Source: a virus. Taken from it: a DNA stretch of 64,000 nucleotides. The stretch covers positions 1-64,000 of the IMG/VR virus record IMGVR_UViG_3300032268_001296, one strand, 5' to 3'. The notes below the pieces were generated by a model. It made no database searches and was not told the DNA's origin. It was given only the letters and a program-made list of their open reading frames with translations. Shown one piece after another: positions 33,910 through 43,605 of this stretch (its first letter is position 1; the number at the start of each line of letters is the position of its first letter). The translations under genes and the position numbers were made by a program.

Positions 33910-34294
33910 AAAAGAAATACTTCACGATATCGTGGTGAAATTGGCTCCGAGCAAGATTACAAATGCTGGAGTTGGAGTTTTTGCTTTAACTAATATCGAA
34001 AAAGGAGAAGTGGTATTTCGTCCCGAAAAAAATGAATTCATTACATGGGAAAGTTTGAAAGGTTTAGAATCTAATATATTTAACCACATTAAAAGCATTT
34101 GCAATAATGATGATTACGGATTTTGGATTGACTGTTCAATCAATAAAGTAAATCCCTCTTATTATGTAAATCATTCCAATACTCCAAATTTATATCATGA
34201 TTTACAAACAGACATCTTTTCCGCTATTGAAAATATACAAATTGGAGATGAATTGACTTGTAAATATTTGCCCAAAGAGATTGATTGGGTGTAA
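33887..34294 (+). CDS. SET-domain methyltransferase
   Basis: GVGVFA..I.KGE, NHS..PN and I..GDELT..Y. Confidence 0.85.
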   Translation: MNRKQKIEKEILHDIVVKLAPSKITNAGVGVFALTNIEKGEVVFRPEKNEFITWESLKGLESNIFNHIKSICNNDDYGFWIDCSINKVNPSYYVNHSNTPNLYHDLQTDIFSAIENIQIGDELTCKYLPKEIDWV

Positions 34295-34303
34295 TAAAAT
34301 ATA

Positions 34304-34636
34304 ATGAGTGCAGCTTATACTGGAATAACTATTGAACAAAGAGAATGCTTTGATTTGACCCTAACTATATCAAAGAATGGCTCTATTTATGATTTAAGCG
34401 GCGTAAATTTAACTGGTGAAATTAGAAGAGATTTCGACAATAAACTCCAAGTAGTTTTTAAAACTGAAATCATTAGCATCCCAAGTGGTATCGCCAAAAT
34501 AAGTTTAAGTGGATCTGAAACAGCTCAAATAGATTTGTCTCCTTGTAGTTGGGATTTATTTGCAGATAAGTTAAATGCTTGTCCTGATAAGCTTATGTAT
34601 GGCCCAGTTTATTTAATTAAAAATATTACTAAATAA
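34304..34636 (+). CDS. small virion adaptor-like protein (BppU N-domain-like)
   Basis: I.I.Q...F...DLSG...IR...G.A.ISL...T pattern; GTGTAA upstream. Confidence 0.5.
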   Translation: MSAAYTGITIEQRECFDLTLTISKNGSIYDLSGVNLTGEIRRDFDNKLQVVFKTEIISIPSGIAKISLSGSETAQIDLSPCSWDLFADKLNACPDKLMYGPVYLIKNITK

Positions 34637-35790
34637 TGAGCGACCAAATCTCCATAAACGTTATTACAGATCAAACCGTCAACATTTCAGTTGAAGAAAA
34701 TGATAATAATTTTTTATTGGCTCCAACTGATTTAAATCAGGAGCAGTTTTATCCCCTAAGTAATCCAAGTGGATTTATTACAGCAAGTCAAACGGGAGCG
34801 TTTTACCCAGCGAGCAATCCTAGCGGATTTCTCACTGGCGTAGATCTTTCGCCATACGTAACGGGCGACGTAGTTCGCCCGAGTCAAACGGGAGCGTTTT
34901 ACCCAGCGAGCAATCCTAGCGGATTTATCACTGGAATTACTAATATAGTATATACTACTGGCGATCAATCAATTGCTGGAAATAAAACTTTTTCGGATAA
35001 TATAGTCGCAAACGGAATGTTTAATCGTTTGCCAAACCAATTATTATCAACTGATGCTGCTATGAATTATCGATTAGCTCAGATAATACAAAACACACAG
35101 TCTTTAACATTAGCGCCAATGATAAATGGATGGAGTAATGTAACAACATTGCAGCCAAATACTAGTATTGCTACAGATAGAGGATTTATAAGACTAGATG
35201 CTGCTAGTAATATAGGTTTTGGCGCAATAACTGCATACATGGTTGGTGGCGAAGTTGCATGTATAGGCCAACAAGTTGCAGGTAGAGACGCTTATGTTAA
35301 TTTGTCCAATAGAGTTGGAATATCTTTTTTAGTAAAAAGCGGAGGAGATTCATTCAATCCTTTGGTTCAAGATTGGGCTTTTGCATATGGAACATATGAC
35401 GCTATAACAGGTCATAGTATGGATAATTTATATCCAATATCACAAAGCACGGCTGGATATAGAGCATATGTTTGCGTAACATGTAACTCTGGTGAAATTC
35501 GATTAAGGGTATGCGACAAAAACAGAACCCGCGTAGACTCACAGGTTTTAGAAACTATCACAGGAATTAGTCATTTTTCTAGAAATTATGCTATTATATT
35601 AGATGCAGGGACTGCTTATTTATACAAAAATAGAACATTATTAGGTCAAGTAACTGGAGCAACAACGCATAATGATTTAAATGGAGCTGCTGGAGGGGCA
35701 TTTTTTAATCATACAGCCTCCATGACGGGAACCGCTACTAGAAGAAGACTTACTTTAGTTAGTTCTAAAATTTGGTGGGAAGACATTTAA
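34636..35790 (+). CDS. tail fibre-like protein
   Basis: FYPxSNPSGF repeats and VYTTGDQSIAGNKTF fibre motif. Confidence 0.65.
   Translation: MSDQISINVITDQTVNISVEENDNNFLLAPTDLNQEQFYPLSNPSGFITASQTGAFYPASNPSGFLTGVDLSPYVTGDVVRPSQTGAFYPASNPSGFITGITNIVYTTGDQSIAGNKTFSDNIVANGMFNRLPNQLLSTDAAMNYRLAQIIQNTQSLTLAPMINGWSNVTTLQPNTSIATDRGFIRLDAASNIGFGAITAYMVGGEVACIGQQVAGRDAYVNLSNRVGISFLVKSGGDSFNPLVQDWAFAYGTYDAITGHSMDNLYPISQSTAGYRAYVCVTCNSGEIRLRVCDKNRTRVDSQVLETITGISHFSRNYAIILDAGTAYLYKNRTLLGQVTGATTHNDLNGAAGGAFFNHTASMTGTATRRRLTLVSSKIWWEDI
34786..34926 (+). repeat. 45-bp perfect direct repeat, two copies (34786-34830 and 34882-34926)
   Basis: AGTCAAACGGGAGCGTTTTACCCAGCGAGCAATCCTAGCGGATTT twice; a diverged third copy near 34745. 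Confidence 0.85.
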
Positions 35791-35793
35791 TTT

Positions 35794-36168
35794 ATGATAA
35801 CGAATAAAACACAACTAGAAAAAGACATCAACAATATAGACCAAATGTCTCAAACTGCCATACTCGCAGCTTCCGCTTTTGCGCATTCTTTAAACAACGC
35901 ATATATAGCTCTTTGGTCTCTTCCTGAAGACAGATTGCTTCCAATACTACAAAAGATGTATGACGACAATACATTTTTAAAAATATTTGGCGATCATAAT
36001 TATGCAGCAAGCGCAATCAACACAATATTAAACAACGGAAATCATCAAGGTGTTCGAGCATATGATGCAGCTCCAAAAGAAATAGAAATTACAGATGGCA
36101 TACTTTCTTTCAAAGTAATTCCAGTTCCTGAAATTGTTGATGAAAATGTTGATAACATAATTATATAA
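35794..36168 (+). CDS. hypothetical protein (possible fibre chaperone)
   Basis: Immediately follows the fibre-like gene. Confidence 0.5.
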   Translation: MITNKTQLEKDINNIDQMSQTAILAASAFAHSLNNAYIALWSLPEDRLLPILQKMYDDNTFLKIFGDHNYAASAINTILNNGNHQGVRAYDAAPKEIEITDGILSFKVIPVPEIVDENVDNIII

Positions 36169-36185
36169 ATCAAACCTATTAAATC

Positions 36186-36773
36186 ATGAGCATTGTAAAT
36201 GCATTAAATCAAGAAGTGAATTCTTTTAATACTTTAACAGGTATATCGTTAAAGCCTCAAATTAATTTCGAGCAGATGCCAACAGTTAATGGCGAGCCTT
36301 TAGATGGAGGTGGAATTTCTAGCATCCAGTTTAAAAAATTAACTTCTTTATCTACTAGAAACAATAATACATATACAAAAGAAAGCGATCTTAGTAATTT
36401 TTCTATAGATGCTGGTTCTACTTATAAAGTAGAAATTCAATTAATAGCATCATCTACAAGCGCTGATGGAATAAAATGTAGAATAACAACTCCATCTACA
36501 ATAAGTACATCTGTTTTTAATGTTGGAAACGCTGTTGATTTTTCTAACGCATTTAAAAGTTTATCTTATTCAAATGACAGCAACACAGAGATTATTCTTT
36601 TTGCGTCAGCTATTTCGATTCCTCAATTCCGCGCATTTACGGGATTTTTTATTTTTACAGCAAATCAATCTGGAGTTTTAGATTTTGAGTGGGCTAAGCA
36701 AAATAATACAGCTGGCCAAACAACATCTCTATCGATAAATAGTTGTATTACAGTCACAAAATTATCTACTTAA
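36186..36773 (+). CDS. probable virion structural protein
   Basis: MPTVNG motif; beta-rich C-terminal domain with F.WA. Confidence 0.5.
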   Translation: MSIVNALNQEVNSFNTLTGISLKPQINFEQMPTVNGEPLDGGGISSIQFKKLTSLSTRNNNTYTKESDLSNFSIDAGSTYKVEIQLIASSTSADGIKCRITTPSTISTSVFNVGNAVDFSNAFKSLSYSNDSNTEIILFASAISIPQFRAFTGFFIFTANQSGVLDFEWAKQNNTAGQTTSLSINSCITVTKLST

Positions 36774-37833
36774 AACTCAAAACTGGCTCTAATATAGACT
36801 TATAAATAAACTCATAATGCTTCTTTACAGAAGCTATCTTAAAGAATTTATTATTGTTTCTGGCAAATAAATCAATAAGATCCAAAATCTTCATTGGTCT
36901 AGAAGAAGAGAATACGTAAACCTCTTTCAAGTATTGCGTCAAGATCTCTAGGAATATTTTTCTTTGGCTTATTTGATTACAAACTTCATACTCAAAATAG
37001 TCTTGTTGACATGGTGTTTTGCCGTTTGATTTGATAAAGCAATCAAGGAAGAATCTTTCCTGCTCTTCATTAAAGCCAGAGTAGATGCAGAAAGCTGATA
37101 AATCTAAATATACATTGCCGAGATAGCTTTCAGTAAAATCAACAAATTTGAAAGTACCTCGATTAAATAAAATATTTGAAGCTTTTAATCTTCCATGACA
37201 CAAAGAGTTTTTTCTCACCACTTTAGGATCAGATAAAACAAATAATTCCTCTTCTACGCTTTTTATTGTTTGTTTAATTAAGTTGAGATCACTAAAGCTT
37301 TCTATAGCCTCAATGCTTTCTTGTGGAAGATTGTTAATGTTTACTGAGTTTAAAAAATCATTTAAATGCTCGTTGTAGCTTCTTAGTTGGAGATTTTCTT
37401 GCTGCAAAGAGTTATACTTGATAAAGAACTCATCAAGATTTTCCATGATTAAAGAAATGCCTAAGCTTTTTAGATCAAAAGCTTTTTCAAAAGAAATGAT
37501 TGAATAATGAATTGTATCGCCGAAAACTTTAGATCCATAATGAGCAGCTTTTGCTGTTGAGTAATTTGGCAGTAGATTTAAAATATCAAATTCTCTTTTT
37601 ATACTGCTGTTTTTTGAATCCATACTATACTTTATGCAGTAGGAGTTATTTTCAGAGTCAGCTCGATAAACATCGTAGTCTTGATTCGATGCGACGAAAG
37701 AAATTGAAAAATTACTTGGATCTATTGCTGCATTTTTTAAAATTTCAAAAACTATTTCATCGCCGCCTTCAAACGTATCTTTTTCAATTTCAAAGAAATA
37801 AGGTTCGTTTTTGTATATAGAATCAAAACTCAT
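36766..37833 (-). CDS. APH/choline-kinase-like protein with degenerate catalytic loop
   Basis: IK...RE..IL, LCHGRLKASNILF, FVDF and DLS motifs. Confidence 0.65.
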   Translation of the reverse strand: MSFDSIYKNEPYFFEIEKDTFEGGDEIVFEILKNAAIDPSNFSISFVASNQDYDVYRADSENNSYCIKYSMDSKNSSIKREFDILNLLPNYSTAKAAHYGSKVFGDTIHYSIISFEKAFDLKSLGISLIMENLDEFFIKYNSLQQENLQLRSYNEHLNDFLNSVNINNLPQESIEAIESFSDLNLIKQTIKSVEEELFVLSDPKVVRKNSLCHGRLKASNILFNRGTFKFVDFTESYLGNVYLDLSAFCIYSGFNEEQERFFLDCFIKSNGKTPCQQDYFEYEVCNQISQRKIFLEILTQYLKEVYVFSSSRPMKILDLIDLFARNNNKFFKIASVKKHYEFIYKSILEPVLSFK

Positions 37834-37842
37834 ATCTTATGA

Positions 37843-37874
37843 TAAAAAAAAACCTCAGTCTTTCGACTGAGGTT
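37843..37874 (-). terminator. intrinsic terminator
   Basis: AACCTCAGTC-GAAA-GACTGAGGTT followed by a long U-tract. Confidence 0.8.
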
Positions 37875-37897
37875 CGAATAAAGAATGTTGAGTTTTA

Positions 37898-38116
37898 TTA
37901 CGAGATTTGAACAGCTCCCATGCCGAACTTAGAAAGACTAGTCTTATTGAGGCGACGATGAGTGAAGTTATTTCGGTCGTAAATGACTACAGTCTTTGGA
38001 GTTTCATATGCGAACTGAGCATTGATGAGTTGTCCATGCTTAGTGCTAAGGCTGAAGAATCGACCTTCACTAAGACGCATTGCTTCGACGATTTTATTTT
38101 CAGTATTGTTTTTCAT
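37898..38116 (-). CDS. hypothetical protein with its own sigma70 promoter
   Basis: TTGACA-17nt-TAAGAT-8nt-ATG upstream (38125-38153). Confidence 0.65.
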   Translation of the reverse strand: MKNNTENKIVEAMRLSEGRFFSLSTKHGQLINAQFAYETPKTVVIYDRNNFTHRRLNKTSLSKFGMGAVQIS

Positions 38117-38127
38117 ATGTATAGATC

Positions 38128-40401
38128 TTAGCAGATGTTCAGCTTGTTGTCAATCATTTTTGCAGAAACTTGCTTCGCATTTGGATTTTGAATCAGGAAT
38201 TTTGCAATTGGGATCTCGATGTTTTTTCGAACAATCTTTTTGATGTCGCGAGCATGATCTTCGTTTTTAAAATCAATAAAATCTGAAGCTTCAATCGACA
38301 TTTGCAGATCAACGCCATTCTTCTTCATGGATTCTTTAATTTCATTCAATTTAAAACTAAAGATTTTTGACACAGATGCTGAAGACAGAGAGTTGAATAC
38401 TACCACCTCATCGATGCGAGAAGCCAGCTCTGGCGCAAGGTAGCTGTTTACGGAAGCTTGGTAAGCATCTTGCTTGTCGATCTGTTCTGGAGCGAATCCA
38501 AGCTGCTTAGACTGCACTGAGTTAGAGCCTACATTGCTGGTCATGACGATAATGCATCGTGAAAAATCAATAGACCTATTCAAATTATCTTTCAAAGATG
38601 CTTCGTCTAGAATTTGCAACAAGAGATTTAAAACATTTGGATTGCACTTTTCGGCTTCATCAAACAAAATCAAACTATTGGGATTCTTCCTCACAAACTC
38701 TGTAAGCAGCCCCCCCTCTTCAAAGCCGACATAGCCAGCGCTAGCTCCAATCAAACGAGAAATAGAAGATTGCTCTTGGTATTCGCTCATATTGATTTGC
38801 AAAAAGCTTTTTTCGTTTCCGTAAAACTCTTTTGCAATTTTTTTAGCTGTGAAAGTTTTGCCGACGCTTGTCGGGCCAACAAAAAAGAAGCTGGCAATTG
38901 GGCGAGTGGAACTTTGCAATCCAACTTTAGCACACGCTAGCAAATCATAGATTTTTGAGATATTTTCTTCTTGTCCATAAACATATTGATTAATGCTTTG
39001 CTCAAAAGAGCTGAACTTTTTAGAACTCGATTGTTTGATTGTTTCAATATCAACGTTAATTTTTTCAGCAATTACTGAATAAATATCATTTGCCGAGACT
39101 TTTGTATTTTTTCTCTTGCTTCTAATTCTCGCTTTGGAAGAAGCCAAGTCAATAACATCAAAAGCTTTATCTGGAAATCTTTGATTTGGAAGATAGGTTT
39201 CGCACAATTTAACAGCCAACTCTCCAAGTTCATTAGAGAATTTAATGTTGTGATGCAATTCATAACCAGGTAGCGATCCTTGAATCATCAAAAGAGTATC
39301 CTTTGCATCAGGCTCATCTACATACACGGCATGAAATCTGCGAGCAAGAGCTGCATCTTTTTCAAAATGCTTTTTATATTCAGAAGATGTTGTAGCTCCA
39401 ATACATTTAATTTCTCCACGAGCAAGAGAAGGTTTGATTATATTGGCAAAATCTTGAGCGCCTTCTTTGCTTCCAGCTCCAACGATAGTATGAATTTCGT
39501 CAATAAACAGAATGCAGTCTTTTTCTTTTTTAAGCTCAGAAAGAAGCTGATTCAATCGAGCTTCAAATTGACCTCTATATTTAGTTCCAGCAACTAAAGC
39601 TGCAACATCCAAAGAATAAATATTCTTGTTCTTTAGTGGACCATTGTAATCTGGATCTTCAATCAATTGAGCTAGACCTTCTACAATTGTAGTTTTGCCA
39701 GTTCCAGCTTCACCAATCAAAACACAGTTGCTTTTCAATTTGCGGCACAAAACTTCTTGCATTAATCCGATTTCTTTTTCTCTTCCAGAGATTTTTGAAA
39801 AAGATGGAAGCTTTACTTGTTCATTAAGAAGAGAGCAGTATTTATTAATACTGCTAATGCTGGAATGTTCTTCATCTTCATCATCCTCGTCTTCATCATC
39901 TAAAACAAGATCTTCGTCTCCAAACATGGTATTTGGATTTTCTCCAGCAATAAAAGCAAGAACAGAAAGTTTTAGATGTTCTGTGTCGATGTCTCTTTCC
40001 AAGAGCAAATCGCAAAATCTTGGATGGCTTTCCAAAAAGGAATAAATAATATGCTCAGTGCCAACATATGCATGTTCATATTTTTTAGAAATCTTGTGAG
40101 AAGCAATCAGAAGAACACCTAAGTCCTTTGAAACTTCGAAAGACTTAAGATTATTGTTAATAAACGCAGAAGGATTCTCTTTTGCAATTTTGTCAATGAC
40201 ACTGATGATTTTTTTCTGCGTAAGCAAGATTCCCCTGCTCTTAAGAAAACTTTCGAAACATCCACTCGAATTTTTAAAGCACAAATAAAACATGTGCATT
40301 GAGTTTCCCACGCTGTGACCCTCTTGATCTGCAAAATCTTTTAGTTGATCTAGAGATCTAGAAGCACTAGAGGTAAAATTAATCTTTCCTACGTCCATCA
40401 T
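38128..40401 (-). CDS. ClpA/ClpC-type AAA+ unfoldase
   Basis: Clp N-domain; NBD1 GEAGTGKT/FIDEIH; NBD2 GPTSVGKT/LFDEAEK; LGF loop; no ClpB middle domain. Confidence 0.9.
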   Translation of the reverse strand: MMDVGKINFTSSASRSLDQLKDFADQEGHSVGNSMHMFYLCFKNSSGCFESFLKSRGILLTQKKIISVIDKIAKENPSAFINNNLKSFEVSKDLGVLLIASHKISKKYEHAYVGTEHIIYSFLESHPRFCDLLLERDIDTEHLKLSVLAFIAGENPNTMFGDEDLVLDDEDEDDEDEEHSSISSINKYCSLLNEQVKLPSFSKISGREKEIGLMQEVLCRKLKSNCVLIGEAGTGKTTIVEGLAQLIEDPDYNGPLKNKNIYSLDVAALVAGTKYRGQFEARLNQLLSELKKEKDCILFIDEIHTIVGAGSKEGAQDFANIIKPSLARGEIKCIGATTSSEYKKHFEKDAALARRFHAVYVDEPDAKDTLLMIQGSLPGYELHHNIKFSNELGELAVKLCETYLPNQRFPDKAFDVIDLASSKARIRSKRKNTKVSANDIYSVIAEKINVDIETIKQSSSKKFSSFEQSINQYVYGQEENISKIYDLLACAKVGLQSSTRPIASFFFVGPTSVGKTFTAKKIAKEFYGNEKSFLQINMSEYQEQSSISRLIGASAGYVGFEEGGLLTEFVRKNPNSLILFDEAEKCNPNVLNLLLQILDEASLKDNLNRSIDFSRCIIVMTSNVGSNSVQSKQLGFAPEQIDKQDAYQASVNSYLAPELASRIDEVVVFNSLSSASVSKIFSFKLNEIKESMKKNGVDLQMSIEASDFIDFKNEDHARDIKKIVRKNIEIPIAKFLIQNPNAKQVSAKMIDNKLNIC

Positions 40402-40417
40402 AATATTTTTACACAAG

Positions 40418-42976
40418 TTATTTAACTTCTGAGAGCTTCATATAGATTTTATCTTCAAGCAAGGACAATTTATCGATAATCACGATATCGTTGCTTTTCT
40501 TGCCAATCAAAACAAATACGTCACCCTTCTTGGGAAGCTTCTTTCCAGATTTAATGTATTGAGAGTATTTTGATTCGCGAGCGGAGTCCAAAAACAAACC
40601 AGTGACTCTGCCGCACTCATCGTAAGCTTCGATACGAGCATACTTATTACCATTCAAACTAGTTCTTGCTACAGTATCGCTCACTGTTCCAACAAAGCGA
40701 ACAATGCTATTATTTTCTTGATCAGAAATCGTGCCACTTGACAACAATTCTCCACCAACTTCATGCTTAAAGATCTCTCGAATATTTTGCGAATAGCTAT
40801 ATCCAAGAAGTTTAGATTCAAAATGCCAATTAGCGAATTTTAAGTGCTTGCGGTTTTTTTCGTAAATTTCTTTGTATGGAGAGTATTTCTTTTTAAATGT
40901 TTCAAATCTCTTTTCTGAAAAGATTTTTTTGTTGTCGTCTCCAATCAAAGATTCTTTGACTGCCGCACTGATAGATTCCAGAATATCGAAATCGTATTTT
41001 TCGCCCAAAGAAATAAAATTTCTCTTTTCTCTGTCTGTTAGAGAGTTGAAGGTCTGAGCTTCTAGAACAAGTCGGCATCTATCCTTTTTAACAAAGGCGT
41101 CTAGAACTCCAGCTTGAATCAAAGCAGAAAGAACTCCGATATTTACGCCAACTTGCTTTGCAGCCATGAATACTTCGTATTTATTGGCAAACTCAGATTC
41201 TCTGAACTCCAAAAGAGATTCGAGAACTTTGGTTGAAACTCCTTTGATGGTATTCAATCCATAACGGATATTCTTGCCTTCAATGCAAAAATCAATCTGA
41301 GATTTCGAAAGATCAGGCGGCAAAAGCTTGATATCGAAATAGCTCAACTCTTGAGTAATCTTATGAATTTCTTCGTGAGGATTTGGCTCAAATTGAGCAT
41401 ATTTCAAAAGACTAAGGAAGAATTGTTGTGGATAGTTAAACTTAAGATAAACAGTAATTGCAGCTAGATTAGCGTAAGAAATACTATGGCTCTTATTGAA
41501 TGAATAGTTTGCAGAGTCTTCTGCGACCTTCCAAAGAATATCCGCAATGTTTGGATCAAGCTGGTTCTCAGAAACCTTTTCTCGAATCTTCTGCTGCCAA
41601 GAAGCCATTTGGTCTACCTTCTTCTTGCCAACAATTCGACGAAGCTGTTCCGCTTCATCCAAACTGAAACCGACTTTTGTAGCCATCTTCATCAACTGTT
41701 CTTGGTAAAGGGGAATTCCTCCCGTATAACTTAGAACGTCATCAAAGAAAGGATGGACAGATTGGAACTCTCCATTGCGAGCGTAATCTGCATAGCGATC
41801 CATGAAATCGAGAGCGCCTGGTCTTGCGATAGCAACAACAGCAGAGAGCTGTTCTAGATTCTTAGGAGCAACCTTCTGAGCGACCCTGAAGTTCGTGTCA
41901 GCTTCGATCTGGAATAGTCCGCTTGGAGCTTTGATCGTTTGCAGCGCAGCGTAAATAGTCGGATCATTTACATCAATATCGGAAGCCTTGATTCCAATTT
42001 GCTGGCAAACATCATGAACCACCGAAAGAGTTCGGAGACCAAGAATATCGAACTTTACAGTCAGTTCAGACACATTATTCATGTCGTAACCAGACATTAC
42101 CGCTCCATCGCCTGTGTTTTGCATTGGCATGATTTCATCCATTTTATAATAGCTGATGGCAATACCAGATGGATGAACGCCAGTGTTTTTGGCAAGACCT
42201 TCGATCTTCTTTGCAATATTGAAAATCTTTTTATTTTTTAAAGCAAATGATTTAAAAGCTTCACTTTCTGAAAAAGCTTCTGACAATTTTGCAACTTTGC
42301 CAAACTTCTTTGGAATAGTATCGCTGATTTCATTAACAGAAGATTCTGACATTTCTCCAACAATCTTACCGCACTCTTTAATGCACAGCTTACTGCTTAG
42401 AGTATTTAAAGTGAGAATCTTAGATGTTTTCCCTTTGTACTTTTTATTAATATAATCAATGACTTCCTGACGACGATCATAACTAATATCGTTATCAACG
42501 TCTGGAGCTAGGCTTCCGTCAAGAAACTCTTCTCCGTTAACAATGATTTTTTTAGCTCTGCTTTTAGAAACGAATCTCTCAAAGAATAGATCATACTTGA
42601 TTGGATCGATATTCGTCACTCCAATAACATAAAGCACAAGAGATCCTGCGGCACTGCCTCGACCAGCGCCAGTAGGAATGCCAGTTTCATGACAGAAGTT
42701 TATAACGTCCCAGTTCAATAGAACATAATCAATGAAACCTAATTCATTAAACACACCAAGCTCCATAGAAAGCCTATCGTAGTACTCCTGCTTGTTTGGC
42801 AAAGAATCAATTCCCTTCTGCTTCACTTTCATGAAGCATAGCTTTCGAAGGAACGTAAAATTGCTAATAGTAGAGGAGCATCCAAGCATGTCATAGTATT
42901 TCTGTTCAATGTGAATACTTGGAAGCTTGACTCCAGCTGGAAATGGGTTTTGGTATTCTGCAAATAAATCTTTCAT
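40418..42976 (-). CDS. dnaE: DNA polymerase III alpha, catalytic part lacking the PHP domain
   Basis: GRGSAAGSLV, FERF, PDVDND, KFDILGL and YSFNKSH; C-terminal OB fold. Confidence 0.92.
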   Translation of the reverse strand: MKDLFAEYQNPFPAGVKLPSIHIEQKYYDMLGCSSTISNFTFLRKLCFMKVKQKGIDSLPNKQEYYDRLSMELGVFNELGFIDYVLLNWDVINFCHETGIPTGAGRGSAAGSLVLYVIGVTNIDPIKYDLFFERFVSKSRAKKIIVNGEEFLDGSLAPDVDNDISYDRRQEVIDYINKKYKGKTSKILTLNTLSSKLCIKECGKIVGEMSESSVNEISDTIPKKFGKVAKLSEAFSESEAFKSFALKNKKIFNIAKKIEGLAKNTGVHPSGIAISYYKMDEIMPMQNTGDGAVMSGYDMNNVSELTVKFDILGLRTLSVVHDVCQQIGIKASDIDVNDPTIYAALQTIKAPSGLFQIEADTNFRVAQKVAPKNLEQLSAVVAIARPGALDFMDRYADYARNGEFQSVHPFFDDVLSYTGGIPLYQEQLMKMATKVGFSLDEAEQLRRIVGKKKVDQMASWQQKIREKVSENQLDPNIADILWKVAEDSANYSFNKSHSISYANLAAITVYLKFNYPQQFFLSLLKYAQFEPNPHEEIHKITQELSYFDIKLLPPDLSKSQIDFCIEGKNIRYGLNTIKGVSTKVLESLLEFRESEFANKYEVFMAAKQVGVNIGVLSALIQAGVLDAFVKKDRCRLVLEAQTFNSLTDREKRNFISLGEKYDFDILESISAAVKESLIGDDNKKIFSEKRFETFKKKYSPYKEIYEKNRKHLKFANWHFESKLLGYSYSQNIREIFKHEVGGELLSSGTISDQENNSIVRFVGTVSDTVARTSLNGNKYARIEAYDECGRVTGLFLDSARESKYSQYIKSGKKLPKKGDVFVLIGKKSNDIVIIDKLSLLEDKIYMKLSEVK

Positions 42977-43605
42977 ACTTCAATATCGTAAATTTGTTTT
43001 AGGAAAATTTGGAATGTCATTTCGATGTCATACAAAGCATCGTGGAGCTTGTGTGGATCGTGAGGAATATTGTAATGCTTCAACATACTAGCTTGAGAAG
43101 TCTTGAGTCCTTTCTCTTTGTGGTTTAAAAGCTTATACTGCCAAGACAAAAAATTAGATTTGTCTGGAAGAATATTTTTAAAGATTGCTGTTGACAAAGA
43201 CTTTGTATCAATGATGCGATCAAGATATGAGTAGTCACTTTTTCTACCCATCTCTTTTAGCCAAACATTCAACATGTAAACATCAAAGCCCAAAATGTTT
43301 TGACCAATAACAATATAACTAGGATCAAAAAGATATTTAGAAAGATCGCTCCAAACTTTTACTGGATCTTCTGCTCGCCTTTCATATTCATCTTCGGAAA
43401 ATCCAGTGATTTTTGCAGCTCCATCAGAAACTTGCAAACTTTCCCACTTGATAAATCGATCATTTTTACTTGTGATGTTTCTGCCTTCCGCAGTAATCCA
43501 TGCGCATTGCCAAGGACGAGAGCGAACCAAATTTAAGCCTTCTGTCTCACAGTCAATAATGAGATATTTTTGATTTTTTTGAAATCTAAGTAGTTCTTCT
43601 TTCAT
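42973..43605 (-). CDS. DEDDh 3'-5' exonuclease (epsilon-like)
   Basis: IDCETEG, GQNI.GFD and HDALYD. Confidence 0.88.
   Translation of the reverse strand: MKEELLRFQKNQKYLIIDCETEGLNLVRSRPWQCAWITAEGRNITSKNDRFIKWESLQVSDGAAKITGFSEDEYERRAEDPVKVWSDLSKYLFDPSYIVIGQNILGFDVYMLNVWLKEMGRKSDYSYLDRIIDTKSLSTAIFKNILPDKSNFLSWQYKLLNHKEKGLKTSQASMLKHYNIPHDPHKLHDALYDIEMTFQIFLKQIYDIEV

Noticed and set aside
34636-36773. Diversity-generating retroelement acting on fibre genes
   Set aside because: The repeats are identical rather than adenine-variable, and there is no reverse transcriptase in the window
39695-40045. Poly-serine ORF on the plus strand
   Set aside because: It is the antisense of the acidic linker of the Clp ATPase
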